Shown here in pieces: positions 51,142-63,711 of a stretch of 64,000 bases of DNA; position 1 is the stretch's first letter, and each line of letters begins with the position of its first letter. The DNA is from the human T2T-CHM13v2.0 reference genome, Homo sapiens: assembly GCF_009914755.1 (NCBI RefSeq), contig NC_060937.1. One strand, given 5' to 3'. The notes beneath the pieces were generated by a model, which was not told where the DNA came from, did no database searches, and was given only the letters and a program-made list of their open reading frames with translations. The position numbers were made by a program, and so were the translations under genes.

Positions 51142-53185
51142 ATCCAACCAAATGTGTTAGGAACTAATCTAAAACTGTTTTTCTTGAAAAACAACCATTT
51201 CCTTTGAATAATGATAAATATCAATAATTTTCTTTCCCTTTTAATGAAAAATTAGCACATTCAGAATTTTCTTTAAATTTCCATGCAGTACCCATAAACA
51301 TGTATATATTTATATTGTACTTTCTTGGGGAGGTACTTACTCCACCACCATGCTTCCACATCTCATTCTTTTATTTCTTTTATTTTTCTTGTCTCTATTT
51401 TAAATTTTCTTCTTTTTTTTTTAACTTGTTTATTTATCCATCTCCCTCCCCCAGGAATGTACAGACTACAAATGTAGGACTACATCCAGCATCTTAAATT
51501 CTGTATCCCCAAAGGCCTATTATGTGCATGGCACAGTAGTAATGCAGTGAATGATTTAAATCTCCTTTTACCCTATTCACTTTCTGATTTCAAAACTGTC
51601 TTTTGTGATGATATCATGATGATTTTCTGCATGAAATTAAATGTGCTTTCAATGTCCTAATGTGCACTCAGATATACAAACCAAGGTTCTTGAATTCTTT
51701 TCATTCTTGGTGTTTTTCCTTTATGAAGTTTCCTGTGTAGGGCCTGGAATGAAATTCATTGGCTGTGACAGGCTCTAATAACAACACCAGCCCTCTTCCA
51801 ACAGCAACCAGGCTGACGACTGCGGGAGGGACATATGTGCCCTCATGCAGGGAAGATTTCTTCCTAACCTTCCACTACAATCAATACAGAGAAATAGGCA
51901 GGGCTGCTAACATCAGGCTCCATTAAGATGACTCTTTCTACCCTCCTGATCTTTAGACCCCAAGAGAAGTGCGAAGAAAAAAAGAGAATAAGAAAGGATG
52001 GATGAGAGAAAATAAGATTGAGGAAAGGGGGCGTGGTAGTTTTTCCCTAAACCATCAATTGCCAAGGTTACTTTTGGCAGCGAGAAAAAGAGAAAGGGGC
52101 AGAATGTGCCTGTCTGAAGCTTTTGTACTTCTGCCCAGACTGTGGGGAAAATGATGGGATTAAATAAAAATGCCAGCGATAACAAAAAGGAAATCTTCCC
52201 AATAGTTTTCCTTGCCTGAAGAATGAACTGCTTGAAGCTATGACCTCCCTGCCTGTCTCAATGAGGTCAAGAAACTGACTGTCACTCCTACATTTGTGAT
52301 TAATGATGCTCCCGCTGGTGACGTATTTCTAACCACAGTCTCTGGAGAGCAGCAAGACTCAGTTGCCTTGTGGTGTGTTGAGTCATTGCTCTGGCAAAAG
52401 ATCTGTTTGCTCCAGCAACAGGCTTAGCTTTCAACAAGGCGTCCTCTTGATTCTTTGCTGCAACATCCTATCATGAAAGAACAGAGAGCCCAGTACAAAG
52501 AAGGACTGCTAAGAAGGATGAAACATTAAATTAATTTAAAAAAAGCTTTTGTACTGAATGGCAAAATGCAGCATAATGAATAATTAAACAATTAATAATG
52601 TAATCCTCTTAAAAGCACACAGCCACTATGGGAGAAGATTAAGTGTTTAACAGTTTCCAGTATAATGCAAATGGTAAGGAGGAGCCTTTCTTCCCCACTT
52701 TTTAGGGTAATAGAATTGAAAGCACATTTCCGGATTTTAATTAAATACTATTAAATTTTCAGTATTAAGCCAGCAACAACAGTGCTGCAATATGGAAGGA
52801 TTATTAAATACAAAGGTAAGTACACAGTAGCAAGACGTTAACATTTCTTGGTTCTGTTTTTATAAAAAGAGGTTACTTGAAAGGGTGCATTCTACTTCTA
52901 AGCTACTATGGTGCACATCACCAAACATCAAGCTAAATGCTAATCTGTGTAAGTGACTATAAGATTGAGATTTAGATTAATGTACTTCAATGACAGTCCA
53001 ATCGTGGGGGAAAAAAAAAAAAACTAGAAAAACAACATAGAATAGTTGCAGAGGTTTGCAACAAAATAATTGATATATCCAAATTCTATTACATTCTCAA
53101 ACCAACAATTAATATTCTCTATCACATAGCACCTGGGCTGCTACAATTATATTTGCACTAATTCCTAAAGTATCACAGGTGTGGG

Positions 53186-53480
53186 TTGCCTTAACTCTGT
53201 GTCCCTAGAAGCAGAACATGACAGAAGGATTAAGAAAGTTCTTCCAGGTGAAACAGTGAGGCAGTGAAGGAGACACCAAAGGTGTGATTTCAAATGAACT
53301 TCAGCTAGCCTGATCATGCAGAGCCTTCTGGAGCATACATTATGCCACAGAGTTTGCACTGGTAAGGGACTCCAGCAGCCCAAAGTCATCCTTTGAAGAA
53401 GGAGGAGGACATACAGAAACAGTACTGGGCAGTATAAAGAATTCCAGGGATCCAAGCAGAGCACCAGCAGTATCTCTACA
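53186..53480 (-). mobile_element. LTR16-like (ERVL) solo LTR remnant
   Basis: Reverse strand begins TGTAGAGATACTGCTGGTGCTCTGCTTGGATCCC and ends …TGTTCTGCTTCTAGGGACACAGAGTTAAGG, matching LTR16-type termini. Confidence 0.6.
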
Positions 53481-53505
53481 GAGTTGTAGTAAAGAAAGAT
53501 TCTGA

Positions 53506-53822
53506 GGCTGGGCATGGTGGCTCAGACCTGTAATCCCAGCACTTTGGGAGGCCAAAGCAGGAAGATCACTTGAAGCTAGGAATTCGAGACAGCCTGGGCA
53601 AGTTAAGGAGATCCTGTCTCTACAAAAAAATAAAAACAAATTACCTGGGCATGTTGATATCCACCTGTAGTCCCAGCTACTCGAGAGACTGAGGCTGGAG
53701 GATTGCTTGAGCCCAGGCGTTCAATGCTGCAGTGAGCTATAATTGCGTCACTGCACTCCAGCCTGGGTGACAGAGCAAGATCCTGTTTTTTAAAAAAATA
53801 AAGAAAAAGAATAAAATAAAAA
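53506..53822 (+). mobile_element. Alu SINE (AluJo-like)
   Basis: Full dimer; GAGGATTGCTTGAGCCCAGG…GCTGCAGTGAGCTAT; A-rich tail. Confidence 0.93.
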
Positions 53823-53828
53823 TCTCAA

Positions 53829-54021
53829 ATTAATTCAGGAACAGAAAACTAAATACTACATATTCTCACTTATAAGTGGGAGCTAAATATTGAGTACAAA
53901 TGGACATAAAGATGGGAACAATAGACACTGGGGACTCCTAGAGGGGAAAGGGTGAGAGCGGGGCAAGGGCTAAAAAACTTCCTGTTTGCCCCCTGAATCT
54001 AAAATGAAAGTTGAAAAAAAA
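53829..54021 (+). mobile_element. L1 3' end fragment (L1PA15-16/L1PB-like)
   Basis: CAGAAAACTAAATACTACATATTCTCACTTATAAGTGGGAGCTAAA…AATAGACACTGGGGACTCC…CCCCTGAATCTAAAATGAAAGTTGAAAAAAA. Confidence 0.85.
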
Positions 54022-54423
54022 TGAAAGATCTTTGCTTATAATTATTCTTGAACTCATTTAGCTGTATAGTTGACTACAGTTTAAGTTAAAAATGCCAATT
54101 AGGCCCAGTACTCTGCATGATCAGGCTAGATGAGGTTCATTTGAAATCACACCCTTGTTTGTTGTCGTCTTCTTCCACTCCGTCACTGTTGCTCCCGGAG
54201 GAACTTCCTTAATCCTTCTCTCATGTTCTGTTTCTAGGGACACCGAGTTAAGAGAACACGTTCCTGTGATACTTTAGGAATTAGTGCAAATGTAATCAGA
54301 GGACCACAGGTGCTATGTTACAGGAAATATTCTATTTGCCTCCACTCCCCATGGCTAGCATGTACATGAAAATTTATCCCCAGACCCAAACGGGGCTTCA
54401 AGCAGAAGCAATTTTTGGAACTA

Positions 54424-54758
54424 CAGGTTGTCTCTCCCTCATTCAAAATACTTGGGGACAGAAGTGTTTGGACTTTGAATGCTTTTGGATTTTGGAATAT
54501 TTGTACATACATAATGAGATATCTGGGGCTTGGGGCCCTAGTCTAAACATAAAATTCACTTATGTTTCACATGCACCTTATATTCATAGCCTAAAGGTAA
54601 TTTTATACAATATTGTAAATAATTTTGCACATGAAACGAAGTTGTGTTAAGTAGTTATGTGTGGAATTTTTCAATTGTGGCATCATGTTGGTGCTCAAAA
54701 GTCTTGGATTTTGGAGCATTTCAGATTTTGGATTTGTAGATTGGGGATGTTCAAGCTG
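54424..54758. mobile_element. Tigger4b (Zombi)-like TcMar DNA transposon
   Basis: TA-CAGGTTG…CAAAATACTTGGGGACAGAAGTGTTT…TGTGGCATCATGTTGGTGCTCAAAA…GGATTTTGGAGCATTTCAGATTTT…GGGATGTTCAAGCTG. Confidence 0.85.
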
Positions 54759-56179
54759 TTTTGCCTGACCCTATGGAAGCTGGGCTTAAGTAACCTTATG
54801 TCCTGTTCTGAGAACTAAGATACATACCTGAAGCTCAACCCCACCTGCACTCCTGTAACGTTTCCCCTTTGTTTAGGATTCCAGTGTGTTGCTTAGATCT
54901 CAGTCCTGCTAAGAAAAGATACTATGTTTCACTCTTGCCATTCCTCCTCTGAACTTTGACTCTCAATCCAGACTTAAGACCTTACCATTTCCCATTTGGT
55001 TACTTCCCTTGAAGTCTCAGGGGATGTGCTCCACATATAAGTTACTGAGAATCCATCATCCAAAATTGTTGCTGCTTTCTGCTGTTATGGCCTCCAGCTT
55101 TTGATTCCACATTTCAAATTCCCTTTCCTCCTGTCTCTGTAGGTGGAGCTATATGGGTCTCTTCAGATTTTCCTTTTGTGTCTTATCTGGTAGCAGTGAT
55201 CTGGGCCCTATATAACTACATCTTAGAAGATAATACCTGTTATGGTTCTAAAGATACCCGATTAGAAAAAATAATAATAACACACTCTTGAAGTTATTCA
55301 ATAAGCAATTATAGGGGGACTTCTCGAAGGAGATCCAAATAAAAAAAAATTCATAAAGTACTCCAATGTAAAATGATAGCTTAGATACTTGAAACAAGGT
55401 TTGCTTTTTAAATTTTCACTCTAGGGAGTAATTCCTCGGACTACACCAGACTTGGGAGAGAAGTTGACCTGGAAATGAAAAGTAGCACTCATGATATGCA
55501 AATTTTAACCATAGAACATAATGACAACTTAAATTATTTAACCTTGAAGATGTGGACACATAAACAAAGGCCAAGGATCAGGTGAAAGCCTGAGCCAAGT
55601 AAACTAATAACAGTTAATTTTAAAATAATGTTTAAGAAGCACAGTTCAATTAATTGGTATTACTTGGTTTGTTCGCAATAATAAAAAGACAGTTAAATTT
55701 TATATTAGTGTAAACACATTTTAACATATAAAACACAAGTTTTGGAACTGCCTGGGAATATTTCATATTTGTTTTTAAAAGTTCATCCTAAAGTAAGGTC
55801 CATAGATCTTACATTTTCCTTCTCCACCAGGTAGGGCAGGGTTGCTTCATATCATCAGTACAGAGTTCAAGCCCACTAAGTTAAGGCAAAATCTCATCTT
55901 CAGCAGGTATTTGAGGTCCAGAAGATGATGGGCAAGATGAAAAACCTGATCACTGCAGAAAAAAAGAATCAGAAGTACAGCCAGGACCAGATGCTGAAGA
56001 AGATCAATTTGATGTGGATTCATAGACTCTATGGGATAAATCAGGCAACAAAGCCAGTGGGAATTAAGAAGCAGGCAGAAGCAGAGCCAGGAGGTACACA
56101 GCTGATTTAGCATCTTTATAGCTATGAGTTTTCTTTTAAGCTCATTCCCCTCTAAGATACATCTATTGGTTTTGAAGTT

Positions 56180-56400
56180 ACTGCTCCCTGAGACCAATCT
56201 CAATGGCGTTCTTGAACTTGAAATCAAAAAGATCTGCATCCTCCTTCCAGCTCTGACAAGTATTAGCTGCATAAACCTAGACAAAATATTTATATTATTT
56301 GAATTATAATGGGCAACATAATATCTCACTCAGAAATATTATGAAGATTAAATAAAATATTGAGTGTCAGCTACACAGCACACTGTAGGCTCTTCATGAT
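56180..56400 (+). mobile_element. MIR SINE (degenerate)
   Basis: CTTGAAATCAAAAAGATCTG…CCAGCTCTGAC…TATTAGCTGCAT…ATTATGAAGATTAAATAA…CACAGCAC. Confidence 0.5.
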
Positions 56401-56809
56401 GTTATCCCCTCCCTGTGCATTCATGCTTACAACACCCTTGAAGCCCTCTGGAATAGAAAGTATCCAGGTTTCATGTTGTGGTGATAGGGGAAAATGGTCA
56501 TATGATAGAGGTGTTATTACACCGGTGGAAAGTGTGATGCCAGATAAGCCACTTAAAGATGCAACCCGTTCCTAACTTAGCAAGTACTGAGACCAGCTTC
56601 AGTGCCAGCAAAGTTTAATACCCATTCCCATGAGCATGGGACCCAGCAGGGTCAAATGTAAGATGAGTTCCTCTAAGTCGGGGTGAAGGAGAACTCATGC
56701 TATACAAAGCTTTCATGGAGAAGACTAGGAGCAGGAGATACAAAGTGTGCAAGTCAATCATGACTGTTAATAATAAGCATATATATATACATGCACACAC
56801 ACATATAGA

Positions 56810-57010
56810 TATGAAACTAAGCACCTGCCATGTGCCAGAGTCTGTGCTGGGAGTTTTACGTCTCATTCATTCTCATAATTCCTGCACGGTAAGTATTAAT
56901 ATTGCCATTTTATAGATGGGGACATTGATCTTCAAAGAGGTAAAATAACTTGTCCAAATTACACAGCCAGCAAGTAATAGTAACGAATCTGTTCAACTCT
57001 GTATGCTTGG
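56810..57010 (-). mobile_element. MIR SINE
   Basis: AGCACCTGCCATGTGCCAG…TCTCATTCATTCTCATAA…CCATTTTATAGATGGGGAC…AAATAACTTGTCCAAATTACACAGC. Confidence 0.75.
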
Positions 57011-57364
57011 ATCTTATTTTTGATTCATTGATTTATTTCGGAGGCTGAAATAATGTGGGGATTTTGATATGGTTCTTCCGCTACAGGGACCTGCTACCAG
57101 TTAACCAGAGATTTAACCTGAAATTTTGATTGCTGTTGTATAGGCCCCTCCAAATTTAACTAGGTAATAATTGATAATGAACACAACAGTGAAGCAGCTG
57201 AGTGTGGGGAGAATATGGGGGAAAAATTATCCTAGATGTCATATGTATACATAAGATACATACTTTGGCATCAGAAAATTTCTCTGGATTTAGAAGATTT
57301 ATTTACCATGGAGAATACATTTCTAGAGTAGGGAAAGTACTAAAGAACAAATATATATTGCATG

Positions 57365-58220
57365 GGAAACAAGAAAGTTTCCCTTGTCCCCCTGGAGGAC
57401 AAGGTGTGTGATGGGGGTGTGGTTCATTGAAGTGCCCCTGCTGCTCAAACCTCTAGGGGAGCATATAGAAGGGCAGGTTCCAACCCCACCGCAGTGTCTA
57501 GGGGTAAATGTGTACAGCTCCTGAAGCCCCAGTGGGCGTGTGTCACAGGGTACCCTTTTAGTTTACCTGTCCCTAGGCAGCTTGTGTTAGTCAGTTCAAT
57601 TAGACCCCTGCCTTATGGCAATGACAAAGGCCTTTCTATATCCTGGGATTCTTGCCTTGATATATCAGAAGTATCAGATCACGTGTGGGCTTGGAGAATG
57701 AATGCAAGGTTTTATTGAGTGGCAGTAGCTCTCAGCAGATGGGGGAGCCAGAAGAGAGATGGTTTTCCCCCGGAGTCAGGCCACTGGGAGTTTCAGCTTT
57801 ACTCAGAGTTCCAACTTTTCTCCAAACCATGCCTCCCCCGCAAATCCGCATCATTCTGCTCCTTGATGGCATGCCAGCGTGCCGGTGTGCTCCCACGCCA
57901 GTGCATCCCTCTCAACGTCCAGCCCTGTGTGTTCCTCTGCTGATGTGTTCCTTTCAATGTCCAGCCACCTCTGTGTCTGCCCGCTGGGGTCTCGGGTTTT
58001 TATGGACACACGACGGGGGCACGGCAGGCCAGGGTGGTCTTGGGAAATGCAACATTTGGGCAGGAAAACAAAAATGCCTGTCTTCACCTAGGTCCATGGG
58101 CACCGGCCCAGGGGTGGAGCCCTAGCCAGGGACCACACCCTCCTCTACCCAGCACTTCCCTTCCCCTCTTCCATATTGTTTAAAGGGACCAGCCCTTCCC
58201 TTCCCAGCACTTCAGTATCA
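57365..58220 (-). mobile_element. LTR1-family (ERV1, HUERS-P2) solo LTR
   Basis: Reverse strand starts TGATACTGAAGTGCTGGGAAGGGAAGGGCTGGTCCCTTTAAA…GGTCCCTGGCTAGGGCTCCACCCC…GGACCTAGGTGAAGACAGGCA; AATAAA on the element strand; probable 4-bp TSD CATG/CATA. Confidence 0.85.
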
Positions 58221-58723
58221 CATAGAGGAAGTAACTTCCAAAAGTTCTAATGATGTTATTGTACTTTAATGTTCAGCATATAATATTATAATCCTCTATC
58301 TCTGTCCAAAATTTTCAATGCAGTCTCAATTTCTTTTTATTTGTCTAAAAAATGTAATTCCAATTTCTAATGATAACTGGTGAAAAAACCTAATTTGCTT
58401 GTAAGGAACTATTTTTCCAATTAAGTTTGCTGGCATTCATCTACATGCTAATGAAACATGAAAGTTCAGTTCTCAACATGTAACTACCCCATATTGACAT
58501 TTGAAACCATTTTAAAGAAAAAGGGTATCATATTTGGATGTGAAGAGAATTGGAATAGGTGTGAAAAGGCTAAGACGTCAGAGCTTCTTTTCTTAAGAAA
58601 ATTAGCATTATTGATATTCACTCTTTAAAGAAAGAACGGCAGAAGATGAGTCATGAAATGCAATCTGTGCATCAGATACCACCAAGAGATTTGCAGCCAG
58701 CTTAAGTAAACCAATTTGAATAA

Positions 58724-58892
58724 GGTCAGAAGTGCAAGCACATACCTGTAATCCCAGCATTTTAGGAGGCCGAAGAGGGAGGATCACTTGAGCCCAGGAG
58801 TTAGAGGCTACAGTGAGCTATGATCTTGCATCTGCACTACAGCCTGGGCAACAGAGCAAGACCCTGTCTCAAAAATAAAATAAAATAAAAAA
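58724..58892 (+). mobile_element. Alu monomer (FRAM/FAM-like)
   Basis: Single arm CCTGTAATCCCAGCA…GGAGGATCACTTGAGCCCAGGAG…GAGGCTACAGTGAGCTATGATC…CCCTGTCTC plus an (AAAAT)n tail. Confidence 0.85.
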
Positions 58893-61623
58893 TCTGTTAT
58901 CACATCTGAATTAGACTAGGCTCCTCAAATTTCAGCCAAAGTGAAAAATCCAGGAAATAATATTACTAGTCAAGGATGTGGATATTTTTGCCCAGTAGAA
59001 CTGATTAAATTTTTCCCTGAGGAAAGACTGAGGTTAAGAGAAGACTAACACTTTGAGGCAGGTAACATAAATAACAAATTTATTCAAGTAGCACTCTTTG
59101 TTAAGGACTGTGATCTGTTTGCACCAGTGCCCAGGTGTGGATGCTGTCATGTGTGGGGCCCCAAAAGCATGGCATCCGCAGGGGCAGAGGGCAGAGAGCC
59201 AGGGGAAGAGCAGCCAGCGGGAGAAAAGCCCGTTGTTTCTCTCCATCCAGCTGTTACTCACTTTCTCCGCCTAAACACAAAACTCACGTAATGGCTGTTG
59301 AATTCCTTTTTGAATGACAGTATAGATACTTCAATCTCAGCTAAATCTCATTTTATGCTCATTTTACTTTGCTGCAGCATTTTTTGTCTTCCATGCTGCA
59401 TTTTTCTTGAACAATCACCAAACTGGCAGACTCTGACTAGCTTGTCAGAAAGGAAAAGGAATTTATGTTTCATAGGAGATTAATCCAATCAGTGGAACAT
59501 TTATGAGAAGCCAAGCCAGACTTGTTTACAAATGAACAATACCTGAAGGGAGAGATTTTAATCTCATTATAATATGACCTTCCAAAGATTAGGACACAAC
59601 TGTTTAATTCTCCTTGTTAACTCATTGTGTTTAAAGTTTACTGTGTCTTATGGTTATCAGGGAAAAAAAGGAAACTAAAAATCACCTTATTCTAATAAAA
59701 TAGGAAGTGAGAGGAGATAAACCAATAATAACCTTTAATACTGTGATGAAAAAAGCCTTCCATAAAACAAGGATAAACAACGTTGCAGTCTAATTTACCT
59801 CTGCATAAAATGTAAACTAGAACTCAATGTGCAATAAAATATTAGTATCTTTACCGCCAGCATAATCTTAACTAATCATTTCTTATGTTATTTCTGTAGT
59901 TACAGTAAGTCATCTGCATGAAATTTGACTGAATAAGGTTAGCCCAGAAACTGAAAGTACTGGGGCTTTCCTCTTTTTCCATTTCATAAAATCTTTTTCC
60001 ATTAATGTTCTCACACATTTCTAAGCTATCCCCAAACTGGATCAGCCTCTACTCTTTTCAGAATGTCACCAACCCAAAACAGTTTTCTTCTTAACAATCC
60101 CCTTCTTTGTAATACATAAACACATTCTTCAGGGGCACTGTAATTATCCAAAATGAGCTTTAGTACTACAAATTACTTCAGCACTCCTATGATTTATCTG
60201 TAGTAAACATACTTTGTAATATTTATATTCCCATTAAAACTGCCACTAATAATGAATCGACAGTACGTAAACATTTATATGATAGGGCACGGACAAATAC
60301 CAGATGCCCCTATAATAGTTACATTCCTTGCTCTTCCTATCATGTTGGGAAAAACCAAGCCTTGGCATTTCACCATGTTTATGAAAATACCTTTGAAAAT
60401 GGCTCAGCACATTGCACTTCACATTTGCAACCATTTCCTTTAAAAAGATGGCATTCGTCCGTACTTACGAGGTCTGGGTTATTGCATTTCCATATTATGC
60501 ATCATTACTCCGAGTAGGTGTCTTATCAGCAGCTCCAGTTGCTGTGGAGAAGATTGGAATTAAGCACTGGAAGCTTTTTATTTATTTTACATGCTTTATT
60601 CCTACAAGATTTTCTGCATATAAGCTCCTTTGTTCAGCTGAGAATTGGATACATTGCCAAGGCATTGTAAAATTTACATCTTGCTTTTTCTCCTGTATTC
60701 TTTCCAAAATTGGATTGAAAACAAAGTATAGTTTTTAATTAAAGCTCTGACCGACAACAGACATTTTTTCCCCTCAAGCATTGGCATTCTTGATCAGTGG
60801 TGAGGTTTCGTAAAAGCCTAATAGAAGATGTTCACTACTTAACCACAATCAGCCTTAAGCAGTTTATATTTCAGTTAAAATCTGGGATATTCCTGACGAT
60901 ATTAATTTAAAGATAACTGTCACTAAAGTTGATCCAAATATAATCAACAAGACCATGGACAAATCTGAAACAAATTCACCTTTCCTTTTTAGCATCATGT
61001 AGTCCAAAGTGATGTTCCTGCTGACTTCAATAGAGAAAAACTGAAAGAGAAGTCTGCTATTTTTTCAAGCAGTTTCAGAATAGACTTCTGATTACTATTT
61101 TATTACTTGGATCAATCTATCATGGCTTATTTTATCCTGAAGTGGAATCCAAAAGTCATCATTTTTTGGCCTTCAAAATGTCTTAATGACTTAAATATCC
61201 TCAGTAAGTCCAGTAGTAGCCAAATCATCTGAACACAGGTTTAACAAATCTGAAGATCATAGTAAACCTTGTTATGTGATTTAAGGCTAAGCTGGTCAAG
61301 CAATCAGTAGCTCTGTCTTCCCATTTGTAAAGTGAAATTGGCAAACACTCTTCCTACCTGGGAAAAATGTGTCCTTCTTTACGGAAGTTTTGGGTCCTTT
61401 GCCTTCTGTAACACCGTGAATTTCCTCTCTCTCCCTGGGCTATCTGCCTCCAGCACCCAACATTTAGATCCTGAAATTCTTCAGGGCTCAGTCATAGCTC
61501 TTTATATTCTCTTGCCATACTTTCACCTGAGGTGATCTCATCCATTTTTCAGAACTTTGAAAACACCTAGCTAATGATACCTAAATTTTTATGTTCATTG
61601 CAGGGCTTCACTGAGATCCACAC

Positions 61624-61732
61624 TTTTTTTTTTTTTTTTTGAGACGGAGTCTAGCTCTGTCACCCAGGCTGGAGTGCAATGGCACAATCTCGGCTCACTG
61701 CAAGCTCCACCTCCCAGGTTTCAGCTATTCTC
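61624..61732 (-). mobile_element. 5'-truncated Alu (right-arm fragment, AluY-like)
   Basis: T17 then GAGACGGAGTCTAGCTCTGTCACCCAGGCTGGAGTGCA…GCAAGCTCCACCTCCC. Confidence 0.9.
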
Positions 61733-61809
61733 CAGATTTATCTATGCAAGACTAGATTATTACATTTCTCCCTAAAGGTAAATAAGGTATTTTCTTCATG
61801 CCAAATGAA

Positions 61810-63710
61810 ATTGCTGCTACAAAAGAAGGTTGAGATGAAAAAAGAAATGAAGAAAAAATAAAGTGGTAAATTTGTAGGCAGCTCTAAGTAAGTATTAACT
61901 GTATAAAACAATATGTTTAAGAATTTATAAAGATAGTGAATATGACAAAAATATCAGTTACCACATTAAATATAAATAAATAATGATAAAAGAATCACCA
62001 AGAAAGTTTAAACAGTTTAAAATACACATCCACTCAATTACATGACCTCAAAATGCATAATTTTATAAAATAATAAAATTATAAGAAGAACCCAAATGCA
62101 CAGTCAGTGGCAGTTTGCATATATAAATTCAAGAAGGATACAGAGAAAGAAAGATTTAATAAATATTATAGCCCCCAAATGCAAAAATATAAAAATTGGA
62201 CAGTATCCTATGCCATAAAACAAGTACAAATAAATTAATTAAAAAGGTATATGTTTTTAACAACTATTAACAATCAAAATATACCTAGAAAATTACTATA
62301 TGTTTGGACATTATAAAAACACATCGAAAGGAAATCATGGGAGAAAAAAGAAAGTATACTAAACTGAATGATAATGAAAATACTACATATTAAAATTTGA
62401 AAAGTACAGCATGTAAAATGTATAGCCTTAGAAGCACACATTCAAAAGAAAAGATGGCTTAAAAGTAATGCTTTAAGCATCTGTCTTGAGAAATTACAAA
62501 AGAACAGCAAAAAAGAAAGTAAAAAGAAGAAACCATTAAAGAAAGAGCATTGATGAATGAGGATGAAACTAATAATTAAATATAATAGAGAAGACAAAGC
62601 CAAAACTGGGAGGCTAGTAACATTTATATATATATATACACACACACACATATATTTTTTTTTCAAGAGAATAATTAAGAAGAGAAAATTAACTTACATC
62701 AGGAATAAAACAGGAGATTCTATAGATATTACAAAGATAATAACTGTATGTAATAACTTTATTCCAATAAATTGAGAAATTCAGAAGAAACTGTCCAGAA
62801 AATTTCTAGAAAACGACCACTTATAAATTTGACAAAAGATATAATAAAAAACTGAGATAAACATAAAGAAACTGAAACAGCAATATAAAACTTCCTCCAA
62901 AATAATGTTTAGGTTCAAACATCTTTACTAACAGGCACAATGAAAAATTAATATCAATCCTACATATTTCCAGAGAACGACAAAATAAGATAAACTCTAA
63001 TACATGGTATCAGACTGGATTTTCTTGATACCAAAAACCAATCAAGAGAGTATGACAAGGGAAACATACAGTCCAATCTCATTATGAACATAGACCCCAA
63101 AATTCTTAAAAATGTAAACCCAGCAGTTGGTAAAAAGACTTCATCATAAGCAAGTTGGTTTATACTAGAAATTCAGGTTAGCTTAACATTAGAAAGGCAA
63201 TGTAATTGGTCATATTAAGAATAAAATAAAAAAATAGGTTTCAACTCATTGATACATAAAAAGCATTTGATGAGTTTTAAAATCCATTCCTGATAAAAGT
63301 TAAAAATAAAAACTCATGGAAAACTAGAACTAGAATGGAGCTTCCTCAATCTGATAAAGGCTAATTACAAATTTAAAAAAAAATCCACTGCAAGCATCTT
63401 ATCTAATGGTGAGATTTTCAAAGCTTTCCTTTGAAGTCAAGGATGTCAAATATCATCACTTCACTTCAATCTTGTACTGAAGGGCCTTGATAGCACTGAA
63501 AGGCAAGAAAGAGAAATGAAAGGTATAATGATTAGGAAAGGAAAATTAAGATTGTCATTATTCTCAGTTAACATAATTTCATTTGTAGAAAATCTAACAG
63601 AATCTACAGATTAATTAGAAGTATTTTGTAGCAAGGTTGCAGAAAAACATCAGTTATATTTATATGCCAGTATCAAACACTTAGAAAATAGATTTTTTAA
63701 AGTCACCATT
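61810..63710 (+). mobile_element. Old L1 (L1M-class) ORF2 remnant
   Basis: A-rich decayed ORF2 motifs: CCAATCTCATTATGAACATAGA, AAAAAGCATTTGA…AAAATCCATTCCTGATAAAA, CTTCCTCAATCTGATAAAGG, AAGGCAAGAAAGAGAAATGAAAGG. Confidence 0.8.
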
Positions 63711-63711
63711 T

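Larger units (their letters stand above)
53111..54331. repeat. Long inverted duplication: arms 53111-53323 and 54111-54331, spacer ~790 bp
   Basis: The arms are reverse complements with perfect blocks: ATTTGCACTAATTCCTAAAGTATCACAGG (29/29; 53151-53179 vs 54263-54291), GGTGTGATTTCAAATGAAC and CTAGCCTGATCATGCAGAG. Confidence 0.93.

Noticed and set aside
55847-56329. 160-aa minus-strand ORF
   Set aside because: It overlaps a MIR and probable old LTR sequence, and has no protein family resemblance.
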